The translations under genes and the position numbers were made by a program. This document shows positions 1-13,339 of a DNA stretch of 64,000 bases, piece by piece. The DNA is from Vitrella brassicaformis CCMP3155 (lineage: Eukaryota > Protista > Chromerida): positions 62,001 to 126,000 of the forward strand of contig CDMY01000283.1 in NCBI GenBank assembly GCA_001179505.1, given 5' to 3'. The stretch's first letter is position 1. Each line of letters opens with the position of its first letter. A model generated the notes under the pieces. That model saw nothing but the letters and a program-made list of their open reading frames with translations, made no database searches and had not been told where the DNA came from.

Positions 1-1214
1 CGGAAATCAATGTTGACGTGGCAGTTGCCAACGGTGAGCGGAATGCTGTGGGCATCAATTAACGGCTGCATAGACGTGTGTGTGTGTGTGTGTGTGTGGT
101 CATCAGGTCGCGATGCCGAGCTGTTTGCTGCGATTGAGGAGCATCTGGTGCCGCGTGTGGGCCGCCTCGTGGAGGTCATGACGACCAGCCAGGATGTCGA
201 TACCAAGCGGGGGGCGATGAACATGATCGGCTGCATGTTCTCCCTTGCCCACCCATCGTATGAGAAGCACTACGCCAACTCGGCCATCCAAGCGCGTGTC
301 GATGAAGGTACATGAGTCTGCGGGAAGCCGATGCATCCTCATGTGTGTGTGCTGCTGTGTGTGTGTGATTCAGTGCTGAGTGAGCCTGTTCGTGTGTTGC
401 TGGCGCATCCATGCGCCCTCAAGACCATGGCCTCACTGCTCAAGACGGCCGGCGCTGCCGTGGACGTGGATGATGAGCAGGCCGTGACATTCAACATTAT
501 CGACCCCATGTTTATCCCCGTACACCTGTCCGGTGGGCAAGTGAAGCCAGACCTACCCACACACACACGCACACACACTCATGAAGAGTCCATTGATGAG
601 TGGACTTGTTTGTGCATGTGGGGATGGGTTTGTGTACAGAGCCGTCCTTCCACAAGCATGCCAAGGAGCACGTGCATGCAGCCATCGAGGCGGGCTTCGT
701 GCCCGCCATTGTGAGTCTCATCCGCGACGACCGGCTGCTCAAGATGGAGAGACTCACGAAGCCTTTCCTGATGGGCTGCACCAACGGCCTGCTCAAAATG
801 TCCCAGTGTGACGAAAAGGTGAGGAATTAGTAAAGCCCTCACTCGCCAAGACACATAGCTCGTTCGTCTGTGTGTCTGGATGGATGTGTGCAGGTAGCGC
901 GCGACAAGACGGTCGCGTCGGTTTGCTGTGACCTGCTGGCCAAACATGCCCGCGGCGACATCGACATACTCATGACCAGTGACGACACCAAGGTCCTGCA
1001 GTCGCCCCTCAACAACATCATGTCCATCATCAGCGAGTTTGTCGCGTAAGCAACTCACACGCACACACACTCACACACACACGCCATGATGCGGCTCTTG
1101 TCTACCTCTGTTTATCCATCCGTGCAGCTATGGCGACCGTCAGGTGGAGCGAGGCAAGATCGCCACCAACGTCTTCCGCATCTACGTCTTCAAGGTAAGC
1201 GAGCCTGCAGAAAA

Positions 1215-1249
<35 letters not shown>

Positions 1250-1265
1250 GCCTTTCATGTGTCCA

Positions 1266-1298
<33 letters not shown>

Positions 1299-1582
1299 CT
1301 ATGTGTCTGTAAACTTGCCAGCTGCCGTCAGTGCAGGAGCTCAGGGCAATGCCACGCGACGGAAACAAACTGCCCGACAAGGTAATCTTACAAAGCCCGG
1401 AAGGCATGCACGTCTGTGTGTGCCTGCAGGTGTTTGAGCAGTTGGATTTGTTGTACAAGGAGCCCAGCAAGTACCGTGAGGAGCGAGACGCCATCCGCAC
1501 TGCAGACGCAATCACTGCGGCGTTCGCCACTGGCCAATTCGGGCCCCACCGTGGCGGGTCATTCTTCACTTGTCGGCCGTGA
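1..1582 (+). CDS. 3' part of a spliced gene, probable armadillo/HEAT-like repeat protein (5' end outside window)
   Basis: GT-AG exons at about 107-307, 374-532, 640-818, 894-1046, 1129-1194, 1322-1381 and 1429-1582 join into a plausible frame ending FFTCRP*. HVHAAIEAGFVPAIVSLI resembles an ARM-repeat helix. Confidence 0.6.
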
Positions 1583-2139
1583 CTAACTGACTGAGGCACA
1601 ATTAGCCACGTTGTGTCTTCGTGGCGTGTGACTGACGTGTTGCCGTCTGCATAGATATAGATAGATACACGTTTTTGCCGCTCTGTAAATATGTATGTCG
1701 GTCTGTGTAGGTGTTTGTTCTGTGTAGTGGGCAGATGTCCAGTCCAGTGTGTGTGTGTATATCCCGATTGACGTGAATGCGTTCATTCACACCATAACAA
1801 CACACGCACGTGACGATCTGTCTCCTGGCACATTCGTGCACTCTCACCCACTCACTTTCTGGTTCGTCAACACCTACCTGTCGCTCATCGGTCCATACAC
1901 AAATCGGCAAATCTCCTCTCACTAAGAAACAGCCCCCCTCACGCACGCAACACATCACATGCACACAAAAATCGTCCCAGCCTGTCTGTCTGTCTGCGAC
2001 AGACGTCGAAAGTCATCCAACCAGCCATCTATCTCGCCCACCCGCCCCTCTCCCCCTCTCTACACACACACACACACACATACACATACATATCAACACA
2101 AAACTGAGCCCTTCGGGCGGGCAGCCACACACGTGTATG

Positions 2140-3960
2140 TCATTTCGCTTCAATGAGCTCTTGGATCGAGCTCATGGCCTTGTTGACACTCGCAGTGAAA
2201 ACCTCTGCACACACACACACTCACCAGACAAGCCCGTGTGTATCGGCGCACATGTGTGTGTGTGTGTTGCTGTGTGTGGCGTGCCTGTGTCCTGCACGGG
2301 AGTGGCTATGTCCCCGGGCGCATTCGACAGAATGAGCGCCCCGGCAGCGACGCCCACAACCAGCAGACCAGCCAAAGATGGAAGCACGCCGATCGACGGA
2401 CCGCCAGACACCTACACGGGCAACATTCACGTAAGAGTGAAGGGGTGTGTGTGTGGTTGTCTGGCGTGTTGTGTGCACACCTGCACGCCCTTGCTCGTGC
2501 CAGATGCTGTCTTCGCCGCTGGCTTGGCAGGTGCAGGTTGCTTGGACACCACCACACGCGCCTTCTTGATGGGCTGCTTGGTGTCGGGTGACCAGTAGCC
2601 CTGCTCCACGACAGAGAGGACGGTGCCCGGCTTGACGTCACGGCGCTCCTTCTCCTCAGCTTTGTCATGCAAAACCGGGTCGAAGGCATCACGCACGGCC
2701 TGCAAACACATACACCACGGGCTGATGGATGGAAATATGTGTATGTGTATGTGTGTGAGCTGACTGACCGGCACGAGTGGTTGGACGTTGAGAGTCGTGA
2801 GAGTCTCGTTCAGCAGGGACAGCACCTGTGGGTAGTGAGAAAAAGAGACAAAGAAAGAGAGACAGAGAGAGAGAACACGACATGCGAACGGATTGGCTGA
2901 CGTGCATCCATCTGTCCATCTATCGGTCCATTGGTCCTGACCTGTTCAGCCTCTCCCTGTGTGACGCTGTCGATGACCTGCCCGCCCAGCACTTTCCGCA
3001 CCCCCTCCCACTCAGCCGCAAGCACCCTCTGGGGCACACTGTCCACCTCGCCAACAGCCTACTCAACACACACGACACACATACGCCGATCCAACAATTC
3101 GTATCTATGAGTGTGGCTGGGTACCTTGTCGTATTCCCGCTTCAGCTGCTGCATCATCACATCACGCTGCAGAATCGCTGCATGCCCACACACCCCACAC
3201 AATAGACAGGGAGGATACATCAACATGCGCCTGTGTGTGTGTGTGTATGTGTATATGCACCTGCTCTGTACGACTTGTTTGTTCGCTCTAGAGCGGCTAT
3301 TTTCTGGACGGCACTGCACACACACAATGCGTGTACATCCATCCACGTGTACACTCACGTCTCGGCATACACCAACCATACCTGTCGTCTTTCTTTGCCA
3401 CCTCCTGCTTGGGCACAGCGGCAGGTGCGGCGGGTGGTGCTGCCGGGGCCGCCTGTGCCTTGCTGGCTGCCTTCTTGAGCTCATCCTGCAGCTGCTTGTA
3501 CATGACCTCTCGCTGGAACAAAGCATTCTTCAGCCTGTCATCGGCTGCAGAGGGGAGGGATGAATGTAAAGAAGGGACACACCACACCCGTCCGTGACAC
3601 ACGTACTCACGCAGGTTGCTTCTTGCTTACGAGATGCTGTTGAAGGATCTCTCGCCACGAGCATTGTGGTGGGCCGGGACGACTGCACACACAGAGGACA
3701 GAAGAGATGATGGAGGCGAATACATCATGTCCGTGTCTGCCTGTAGATGTGTGTCTGTGCTGACCCGTTGCATGTGTGCATTGCTGCCGGTGCGCTCAAG
3801 CAGAGATGGCAGGGGCCCCGGCTGCCAACCACGAGCACACAAACAGTGCACAGGCAGAGAGATGATCTGCAGTCAGATCTTTTCAGATCTCTCTTGCATG
3901 CCGACTTACCTGGAATGCCTCCGCGCTGACGATGGCAGACAAAGCCAAGAAGCCAAGCAT
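2140..3960 (-). CDS. grpE: GrpE-like Hsp70 nucleotide-exchange factor with bipartite (signal + transit) presequence and C-terminal hydrophobic helix
   Basis: Spliced frame: MLGFLALSAIVSAEA-FQPGPLPSLLERTGSNAHMQRSSRPTT...; coiled coil RLKNALFQREVMYKQLQDELKK / AILQRDVMMQQLKREYDK; GrpE C-terminal signature AFDPVLHDKAEE...PGTVLSVVEQGYW...IKKARVVVSK. ATG at 3960 is preceded by an in-frame TGA; stop at 2140. The last intron may need a GC donor. Confidence 0.75.
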
Positions 3961-5713
3961 CGTGCGTGAGAGCGGAGATCTGCTTCAAGCTCGCAATGAC
4001 GGCTAAGCTCGCAGGCGGAGAAGGGGAAAGAGGAAGCAAGGGAGACGAAAGGCAAACGACAATGCATTCACCGTGGCTGTCGTTTCTTCCTCTTTACTCT
4101 GTCGTGCAGGTCGTCTTTGAGAAGAAGGAAGAGGACAGGACGGGCGTGTGATGGAAGCCTCCCCCCAGGCCAGATACGTTCATACGCGAGTTCACACGAG
4201 CGGTGCATGACTCGCTTCCTCCCCCTTGACGGGCCCACACATCAGGCGCAGCGATGAACGGACGCATCGATGGGCTCACACAGGTCGGAGTAGTGAATAA
4301 GTTGGGGCTGTCATTCAGTCATTGGATGGCTTCCATATGGATGTCACGTCTACAGGTTCACGGGGACGGCGAAAGGCATCGCCAGGATGAGACAAAGGCA
4401 TTCCATCCAACGGCACCCGTCATGGTATGCTCAGGACAGCCGTGCACGTCATGCGATGGCTTCTGTGATCGCATGTGTATCCTCTACCCTTTGCAAGTGG
4501 CCGGCAGGCAGTGCGTGAGGACTGATGGTTCTGTCCCGTGTCGGCCGACGTCAACAGGTTGGCACACAAGAAACACAATGGACGAGTACCAAGCATGACA
4601 CACACAAGCCGAACATACAGAAACCTACCTCTCTCTCTTTGTCTGTGTCAGGAGAGGTGCGGCCCATGCGAGTGGTTTTCACAAGACAGTCATCATCCCC
4701 CCAATGTGCTGCTGAGGAGACCTGCTCGTGTGTGGCTTTGGTCGGTATGACCCTATCGACTGAGCCAACGTGGGTACAAACGCATGGACACATGACACTT
4801 GCCACCCAGTATTCGCTTCCTTCCCTTTTCAGTGCAGGGCACATGGGTATTTACATAAATGAGAGGGAAACCCACCGATGTCGCTGCTCTCACGTAAGCA
4901 ACATGACACACACGTGAATCGTTCGTCGAATAGCCAGACACCTGCTTTGTCTGTTGTCTGTGTGTCAGGACTCCGCGTGATGGGGGAGTGGTCGGCTATC
5001 GAGGATGGCGAGCGCCGGTCGGTCCGTGTGGCCTCTTTCCTGGCTCCTTGTGATCGACGTTACCCAATCGATTGAGCCACTGTAGCCTCACCACAATGGG
5101 TACAGACACAAGTGGGGCTCGGCGGTCGCCGGTCTTCACTGACTAACATCTCACGTTTCGTGCAGGGCATATGGGTAGACACATGAGGGAGAGAAGGGCG
5201 TGGATGTCACTGCTCTCACTGCTCTTCTGTCGTGGCTTTGGTGGCTAATCTATCTTGTCTGGCGCCGGCCATGCCATCGCTGTGTGCCAGGTGTTGAGTA
5301 GGCATGATTGGTGCATGTGCGTCTGGACTGTTGATGTCAGTGAGGCGATCCCATTTTCGAGGCCATTCCATGGAGCTTGAAGGCATCCACTCAGTGCCAG
5401 TGAAGGTGAACACCATCTCACCATACTCACACACATGCAAACCATGGCGTGAACTCGTCGCTCTGCAAAGGTCAACAAGAAATCGAGCTGTTCCGGTCCA
5501 CAATGGCTGGCTGGTCGAGTGCTTTGAGCCTTGCTGAGGACGCACTAGAGGGCAATTGAAGAACCTCTGCACCCAGACAGGCGCATCTCGGCGTCGGACC
5601 GCCATCCGGCCAGCCGAAAAGTGAAAACAATTCCATCAAAGTGACCGGATTTCACGTGATCTGACCTCATCTGCGGCAGCAGCAATCCTCTCTCCCTCTC
5701 TCTGCCTCTCATG

Positions 5714-6999
5714 GCCTCCCGTTGTCCGCAGAAAACGAAATTCAAATGCGGCGAGATTTTTGCGAGCTGAGACGGAGACAAAAACGATTTACGAGACTGC
5801 GGGCCGTTTTTCACATTTTCCGTCCCAGTTCGGCTTTGCAGCCTTGTTTTGGCCACATTTCCTCCAGTTCTTTTCCTTTTTGGCTGGTTGTTGGCTCGTG
5901 TTGTCCGCCGCATCTCCCTCTACCCCTCCCAACTCGTCCGGATGTCGCCCGCCACTTTTTTCCACCGCCGTGCCCCGGGTGAGGCCTCGTTTGGTGGCGC
6001 CCTGCCTTCTGCTGAGCGGCTGGCGTCTCCCTGGCGCCTGCAGAGTGCGCACGCACCTTCCTTTCGCCCAAACCGACCTCCACCAGGTGAGTACATATGA
6101 GTGTGGCATCGTGCGTGATGTCTCTTGGGTGCGGTGATGGTGTGGTGTGTGGATGATGTGTAGGGATGAATGTGTGGTGCATTGCGTTGCCATGGGTGTA
6201 TTCAGATGCCTCCTGTTGCCGTGTTCGTACGTGCAGATGAACTGGTGGTCTTTTTCGTTCCCGTCTCATGTTCTCGACGCATTTCTCTTTAGGTGGGTGA
6301 GGTGGGTGTGTGCCTCACTCAGTTTGGTGTTGACGCGCACGTCAGATTCCCTGTCTGCCTCCCGTTGTCCGCAGAAAACGAAATTCAAATTCGGCGAGAT
6401 TTTTGCGAGCTGAGACGGAGACAAAAACGATTTACGAGACTGCGGGCCGTTTTTCACATTTTCCGTCCCAGTTCGGCTTTGCAGCCTTGTTTCGGCCACA
6501 GATCCTCCGTTTCTCTTTCTTTGCCGCTGGCTGTTGGCTTGTTTTGTCCGCCGCATCTCTCTCTACCCCTCCCAACTCGTCCGCATTTCATCCGCCACTT
6601 TTTCCTCCACCGCCGTGCCCCGGGCGAGACCTCGGCTGGTGGCGCCCTGCCTTCTGCTGAGTGGCCGGCGTCTCCCTGGCGCCTGCAGAGTGTGCACGCG
6701 CCTTCCTTTCGCCCACCGAGCTCCAACAGGTGAGTACATATGAGTGTGGCCTCGTGCGTCATGTCTCTTGGGTGCGGTGATGGTGTGGTGTGTGGATGAT
6801 GTGTAGCGATGAATGCATGGTGCATTCCGTTGCCATGGGTGTGCTCACATGCCTCCTGTTGCCGTGTTCGTACGTGCAGATGGACTGGTGGTTTTTTCTT
6901 TTTGTTCCCGTCTCCTTTTCTCGACGCGTTTCTGTTGAGGTGGGTGAGTTGAGTGAGTGCCTCATTGAGTCTAATGTTGACGCGCACGTCAGATTCCCT
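5714..6999. repeat. Two-copy direct tandem duplication, period about 643 bp
   Basis: gcctcccgttgtccgcagaaaacgaaattcaaat starts at 5714 and 6357; the units align through gacgcgcacgtcagattccctgt. Confidence 0.9.
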
Positions 7000-8002
7000 G
7001 TTTGCTGCTTCTCAGAAAGGCGGTCCTTTGGTCCGACGAAAAAAAAGCGAGAAAAAGAGACAGATTTAGAAATTTGCCGAATCATGTTTGTGTCTTGCAG
7101 CCAGCTGAGAAGTTTTCCCAACGACGACATCCTCCTGACCAGCTAGAAGGCATGCGTATGGAAGCCATAAAGGTAGTCGCGTGCTCACGTGCACTGTCAG
7201 AAATTCAGGATGCTCACTGATTTCTTCAGCAGAAAAACGAGCTGTGTTTTCAGACAAATGCGGAGCTTCTGAGTAGGCCAGTCGCCTCATTTGCGCCGCC
7301 ACCAAGGTCTCTATATATCTTGACGAAGACTCGACATCTATCCCTTTTGCCTTCTCTTTCAGCTCAGCGAAAGAAGTCTGGCGGCAGCGTTGCCCTCAAG
7401 CATTATCCTGAAAGCCACTCAGGTACGCATGAGTAAGGGAGAAAAAAGAGGAAAGAGTATATATTTGCTCATGTCTCCTCTGTATTTCCTCTCTTTTCAT
7501 ACTTGGCCGCTTCGGCGGCCATCGATCGGCCCAAGCTGCAGCACCGACTGGTAACCCCCGAATATGACATCCATGCATACATGTGCAGACCCTTGTGGGT
7601 GGCTGGCTGGATCGTGCAGCTGGCTGCTCCCCCGGTCATCGGCGTCAGGCCAGGCCAGGCCGTCAGGAGCCCTTCACTGGGTGAGCTCAGAACAAGTGCA
7701 CTATCAGACATATTTAGACGTCTCAGTCTATGTCGCCGCGATAGCCCGCAAGACGGCCAAGGAGGTAAGCTGGTGAGGATGTGGACAGGGAGGCAGGGAG
7801 GGAGGAAGGGAGCCTGACTTACAGTGGGAGAGTGGGAGAGTGGGTATTTTCAGGCGTCGTTTGGATCGTCAGATGAGAGACGTCAACGCCGCCGTGTGTG
7901 TGTGTGTGTGTGTGCAGAAGTGCATTGTCGGTGTCGGTTCTTCGGACAAGGCCACCACTACGCCTGTCGAGCCCTCTGGTCCGTCCCGTCCGCTCGTGCG
8001 TG

Positions 8003-10027
8003 ATGGGTGGTCGTGCTCGTGGTCGTGGTCGTGGTCGTGGTCGTGGGCCACCTCCCCAGAAGGAGTGGCGTGAAAACGTCAAGGTATGTGAAGCGAGGGA
8101 GGGTGACGAGGGAGAGAACAGGGAAGGCGAAGGCATGTCGGGAGGCATTTCTGCTGTCTTGATCTTTCGCAGGCCGTCCAGGAGCCCCTCTCCCCGACGG
8201 CTACCACCACCACCAGCAGCGACGGCAGCGACACGGTGCGCAGAGTGCCGCACACACACTTGCATTCACGCACACACAGATGCTTGCACGCCTGTCCATG
8301 TCCGTGTGTGTTGGTGTGCTCTGATCACAGGATTCCCACTTCGTCAAGGATGAGGTGAGTACGACACACACACACACACAGTTGACGAACGGAGATCTGA
8401 TGAGTTGTGGCTGGGTGTGTCTGACAGAACTACCCCATATTGCCGGGCTCCCAGGACAACCCAGTGTTGAGCGCCGACAAGGTATGCAAAAGTGGCACAC
8501 CCGGAAACCAGCAGACGTGTACACAAATGCAACTATCCTCAGGGAATGTGGAACCGCCAGTCCAAAAAGGTCATGGAGCCACCCAAGATGACCGCCAAGA
8601 CTAGCACCAAGAAGGTGAGCACGACGTACGTAAAGCTCTCACACAGAAGTCTGATAATTTGCTGCTGTGATCATCGACGTACATCTATCCCACTGTGTGT
8701 AGGTTTGCACCAGCCAAGGCCAACCCGCGCCCAAGTTCGACACCGTTGACGTGATCACGTGTTTCCTGGTGGCCGTCCTCGTGCAGCGACGACTGACGTT
8801 CGTGCTCCCGCTCCACTCCACAGCCTTTCGGAAGGCCAACCGCCACATCTCGGCCAACCGCCACATCTCGGCCCTGAGAGCGAGCGAGGAGGCTCCTCAA
8901 CCCGCCGCGTCCCCCACCAGCCAGCACACTCAAGAAACCGAAAAGGTCTGCCGGAACGATCAAAAGACCTGCTCAGCCTTCCCAATGTGCTCTCCCTATG
9001 TGTTGTCGCAGAGCGCTCTCCCCTGTGGTTCCCAGTTCACCGGACAAGGACGTCGGGGTGTCTGGGCGTGTGTGGGCTTGCCACCACCAACACTAAAGCC
9101 TACACGTTCTCGAGCCTGCTCACAGCCTCGCAGTTTCTCATCTTATCACCACGACGCCGGCCAAGGTATGCAGGAATGGCACACCCGAAACCAACAGACG
9201 GTACACACATGCAACTGTGCACAGAACAAGAGTGTGTGGGACAACCCTCCAAGAAGGTTACGGAGCCCGACACCCCGACCGGCAGCACCAAGACTACTGG
9301 CACCGAGGGCAGCGCTAAGGTGCGCACAGTGACACTCACGCACACGATGTCTGCATGGCTGTCCATCAACGTGTGTGTGTGTGTGTGTGTTTGTGTGTCC
9401 CAGGAGGCCAAGGTAGAGCACGCACACACAAGTCTGATGATTCGCTGCTGTGATGCATCGACGTGAATCTGTGCGTGTATGTGCAGGGCACCCACCGCCA
9501 CCACCTGCTGACCTACCTGAACTACTAAAAAGGCAACAACAAGGTGCGCAGGCAGCACACACACGCATCCATCCACCCAGCCCCCACATTGTCTGCATAT
9601 CTCTCTGCGCATATCAATGTGTGTGCAGACGGACAAGTGCTACCATTGTGGCTGCCCGGGGCACGGCTACAAGCAGTGCCCAAAGCTCGCCGCCGCGCTC
9701 GCTGAGGCCGCCGAGGCCGCCAAGGACGTACGTAAAGATTTGACGGACATCTACACATACACACACCGACACACACCCCCTTAGATGCCCGACATGGCTA
9801 ACTGTGTGGACGTGTGCAGGACCCGCGTTTCCACATCGTGACTGCCCCGGGTACCGAGACTGCCGAGACCGCCCAGAAGACGACCGAGACCGCCAACAAG
9901 AAGACGCGCACACACACGACCAAGGTACGTAGATTGACACAAACATCCACACACATTCACACATCCACTCATTTGCTTTCGCACACCATTTGTGTGTGTG
10001 TAGAAGTGGGTGCCTGTCGCGCGCTAA
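8003..10027 (+). pseudogene. Family A zinc-knuckle gene copy, disrupted
   Basis: Exons MGGRARGRG...KEWRENVK, AVQEPLSPT, NYPILPG, GMWNRQSKK, a foreign insert at about 8745-8945, EAK micro-exon, in-frame TAA at 9526, knuckle TDKCYHCGCPGHGYKQCP at 9629, DPRFHIV exon, terminal KWVPVAR*. Confidence 0.7.
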
Positions 10028-10129
10028 GCGCACCACACACCCACGCCACCACACCCACCCACCACTCACCCCCCCCACACACACACAAATGGTGTGCGAA
10101 AGCAAATGAAGAACAAGGCAAAGCGAGTT

Positions 10130-10770
10130 GAACAACAAGGTCAAGGCAAAGCACACATACAGAAGTCTGATGCTTCGCTGCTGTGATGCATCGACGTGTG
10201 CACGTCTGTGCGTGTGTGTGCAGGCGTGTCCCAACACCCGCCACCCCGCGGCGGTCAGCTTCACCTTCTTCAAGGGGCGCAACAAGGTGCGCAGGCAACA
10301 CACACACACGCATCCATCCAGCCACCACATTGTCTGCATATCTCTGTGTGCGCATATCAATGTGTGTGCAGTTCATCAAGTGTTTCTGGTGCGGGGAGTA
10401 CGGGCATGGCTACCTCGACTGCCTGGATTTCCGCGCGAAACTCGCCTCTGCCAAGCCCAATTGAGTACGCAAAGACCAGACATCCACACAAAGATACGCC
10501 CACACACCGACGCACACACCCTTAGATGCCCGACATGGCTGTCTGTGTGTGTGCAGAACCCATTCTGGATCATCGAGGCGCCCGCCGTGACGGCTTTCGT
10601 GCTGACCCTCAAGCTCGAGCCCGCCAAGCCCGAGCCCGCCATGCCCGAGCCCGCCAAGCCCAACAAGAAGGGCAAGAAGGTACGCACATGGGCACACACA
10701 TCCACTCATTCACTCGTTTGCTTTCACACTGTGTGTCGGTGTGTAGAAGTGGATGCCGAAGAACGCCTAG
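10130..10770 (+). pseudogene. Family A second (type-2 knuckle) cassette with nonsense codon
   Basis: Exons ACPNTRHPAAVSFTFFKGRNK, FIKCFWCGEYGHGYLDCLDFRAKLASAKPN* (TGA 10462), NPFWIIEAP..., KWMPKNA* (10747-10770). Confidence 0.7.
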
Positions 10771-12089
10771 GCCGGCAAAGCCATGCAGTAGGTGGCCAGA
10801 GCAGACCGACTAACTCGTCTGTATGCCCACCGGCCTGTTTGTCTGCAGGCGGTCCATCGCTGCTTACATTTTATATTCGATGGGCATCTTTCCCCTTCAA
10901 CGCTCCGCATCATGTGTGAGCCGCTTAAGGACGTCGATCTATCGGTAGACACGTGTCTCTTGTGTGGCCCTGTGCCGTCTCAGGAGAAGTGGCTCAACCA
11001 CGAAAAGACTTGTCTTCTGTCCTCTTCTCTCTGTGGCTGGGTGGTGTGCAGATCGCTGGCTACATTTCATTTTTTGATCGGCCGATGACAGCCCCCTTCG
11101 ACCGCACTGCCTTGCTGGCCGTTTGCAACTCGAAGGTGAGCTGTCGAAGTATTCTTTACTGATCAAGCCGTGTGTACGTGTCTCGTGTCTCTGCGTGTGC
11201 AGATGGATCGCCGTCTCCCTCTGACATCTCCGATGCGCCTGCCTACTTCATCCATTTAGCCTGCCCCCGGGCGGCCCCACAGGTACGGAAGTGAGGGAGA
11301 CACAAAAGAGGCGACAATCAAGATATGCTCATGTCTCTTCTCTTTCGTCTGTCTGTCTGTCTACGCATCTTTGGCCGCTCTGCCGGCCCCCGAGAGACGC
11401 CTCCTCTATCTGGCCCGCCAGTGACACGGACACGGACACAGATGCCTCCATGGCTGTCTATGGCCATGTGTGTGTCTGTGTGTATGTGTGTGTGTCTGAT
11501 GATTTCACGACACCCAGGAGGCCAAGGTATAGCACACACACACAAGTCTAACGATTCGCTGCTGTGATACATCGAAGTGTGTCTGTGTGTGTGCAAGACC
11601 CCAGATTCTACGTGGTGCCCGCCCCAGGTGCGGAGACCGCCCAGATCGCCCAGAAAGCCGAGACCGCCCAGACCGCCCAGAAGGAGGAAGGGCACCACGC
11701 TTTCCTTTTCACTCACCTTTAACTCCCGAGGCGGCGAGAGGGCGGTGCCGTGCACTCCCTCATTCTATCTCTGCTTAGCTGAGTAGCTATAGTCCACCAG
11801 CTTGCTGAATAGTCCACTAGCTTGAGGGGCCCTTACTCACCAACATGACGAGATGCCTGATGAAGAAGTTCTACAAGAAGGCCACGAAGGTACACAGGGA
11901 GGGGGGCTGAGGGAAAGGCACCACGAGGGAGTCGGGGGGAGGCACCTCGGGGAGCTTGTCTTCGTCTGCCTATCCGTGACGCAGGCCGTCGTCGAGGTGC
12001 CGGAGGACCAGCGCCCGCTGTGGTGAGTGGAGCGTGGATGTGGGCTGCCTCACACCGTCCGTCGTCCGTCGCCCGGTCCGTTTATCGTG

Positions 12090-12786
12090 ATGGGGCGTCA
12101 TGGTCAACGTCATGGGCAGTTTCCTTGTAGGAGTGGTCGTCAGCAAGGTCGTGGGCGTGCGGAGCGATGCGAGAAGCAGGTATGCGAAGCGAGGGAGGGT
12201 GATGAGGGAAGATCAGGGAAGAAGAAGGCATGTCGGGAGCCGTTCCTGCGGCTTGATCTTTCGCAGGAGCAGGTTGTCAGAGAGCCGCCCTCCCCGACGG
12301 CTAGCACCACCACCACCACCACCAACGACACCATCACCAAGGTGCGCAGAGTGACACACACTTGCATTCACGCGCATACAGATGCCTTCATGCCTGTCCC
12401 TGCCTCTGTGTGTGTGTGTGTGTGTGTGTGTCTGTGTGCTCTGATCACAGGGTTTCCAGTTTGCCCAGGACAAGGAGGTGAGCATGACACACGCACAATT
12501 GACGAATGGATGTCTTATCGGTTGTGGCTGTATGTGTCTGACAGAACTATCCCACGCTCCTGCCGGGCGTCAAGGACAGCTACACCACTACGCCGCCGGC
12601 CAAGGTATGCAGAAGTGTACACATGCACCTGTCCACAGGGACTGTGGAACAACACTTCCAAGGCCGTGTTCGCCAGGAGCACTTGGACCGCTTTGCCAGG
12701 ATGTTGGACGAGATCAACTGAGGAGCTCAACGCTCAAGAGGGGGAGACCGCCAAATTGAAGGCCAAGGAAGCACAAGAAGCGCGCA
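12090..12786 (+). CDS. Chimeric family A/family C gene, open reading frame across the junction
   Basis: MGRHGQRHGQFP...CEKQ, EQVVREPPSPT, GFQFAQDKE, NYPTLLPG, then fused exon GLWNNTSKAVF-ARSTWT...EELNAQEGETAKLKAKEAQEARKKAKAHE. End coordinate approximate; downstream exons uncertain. Confidence 0.45.
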
Positions 12787-13339
12787 AGAAAGCCAAAGCC
12801 CACGAGGTACTCAGGCGAAACATACATCAGCCGTTGCCGCGCATATGGACTTTGAGCTATGATGCATCTGCTGTTATGAGTGCAGCGTAAGGTAACACGT
12901 GTCCGGATCGCCGTTAAGCGCGCCAAGAATGCCCAGGCACGAGAGGAACAGGAGACGGCACACGTATGAAAGAAAATCGTGTCACTTATCGCATCTGGAT
13001 GGATGGTTTTGTGTATGTCTGCGTGTCTGTGTGCAGCTGATCCGTATCACCTCTGGCAAGCTCGAAGTCCGTCAGCGCATCCACCCCTCCCCAGACACAC
13101 ATCGGCAACCGTATGCGCACACACACCGAGATGCACAAGCACGGTGTGAGAACACGACCGGTCACTGTGAGAGTCATCCTCTTGTGTGTCTGTACTCGCA
13201 GATCGAATCGTTGTCTACGTTTTATATTCGTCGGCATATCTTCGCTTCTTCGCAGTCATGTCTCCGACAGGATCAGACCAAGACCTCGATGGCAAAGACA
13301 TACATGCAATACATCAGGAATACTTTGTCTTCACTTCTG

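Noticed and set aside
3995-5650. Short ORFs and partially duplicated intron-like pieces between GrpE and the 643-bp repeat
   Set aside because: No coherent spliced frame or known motif.
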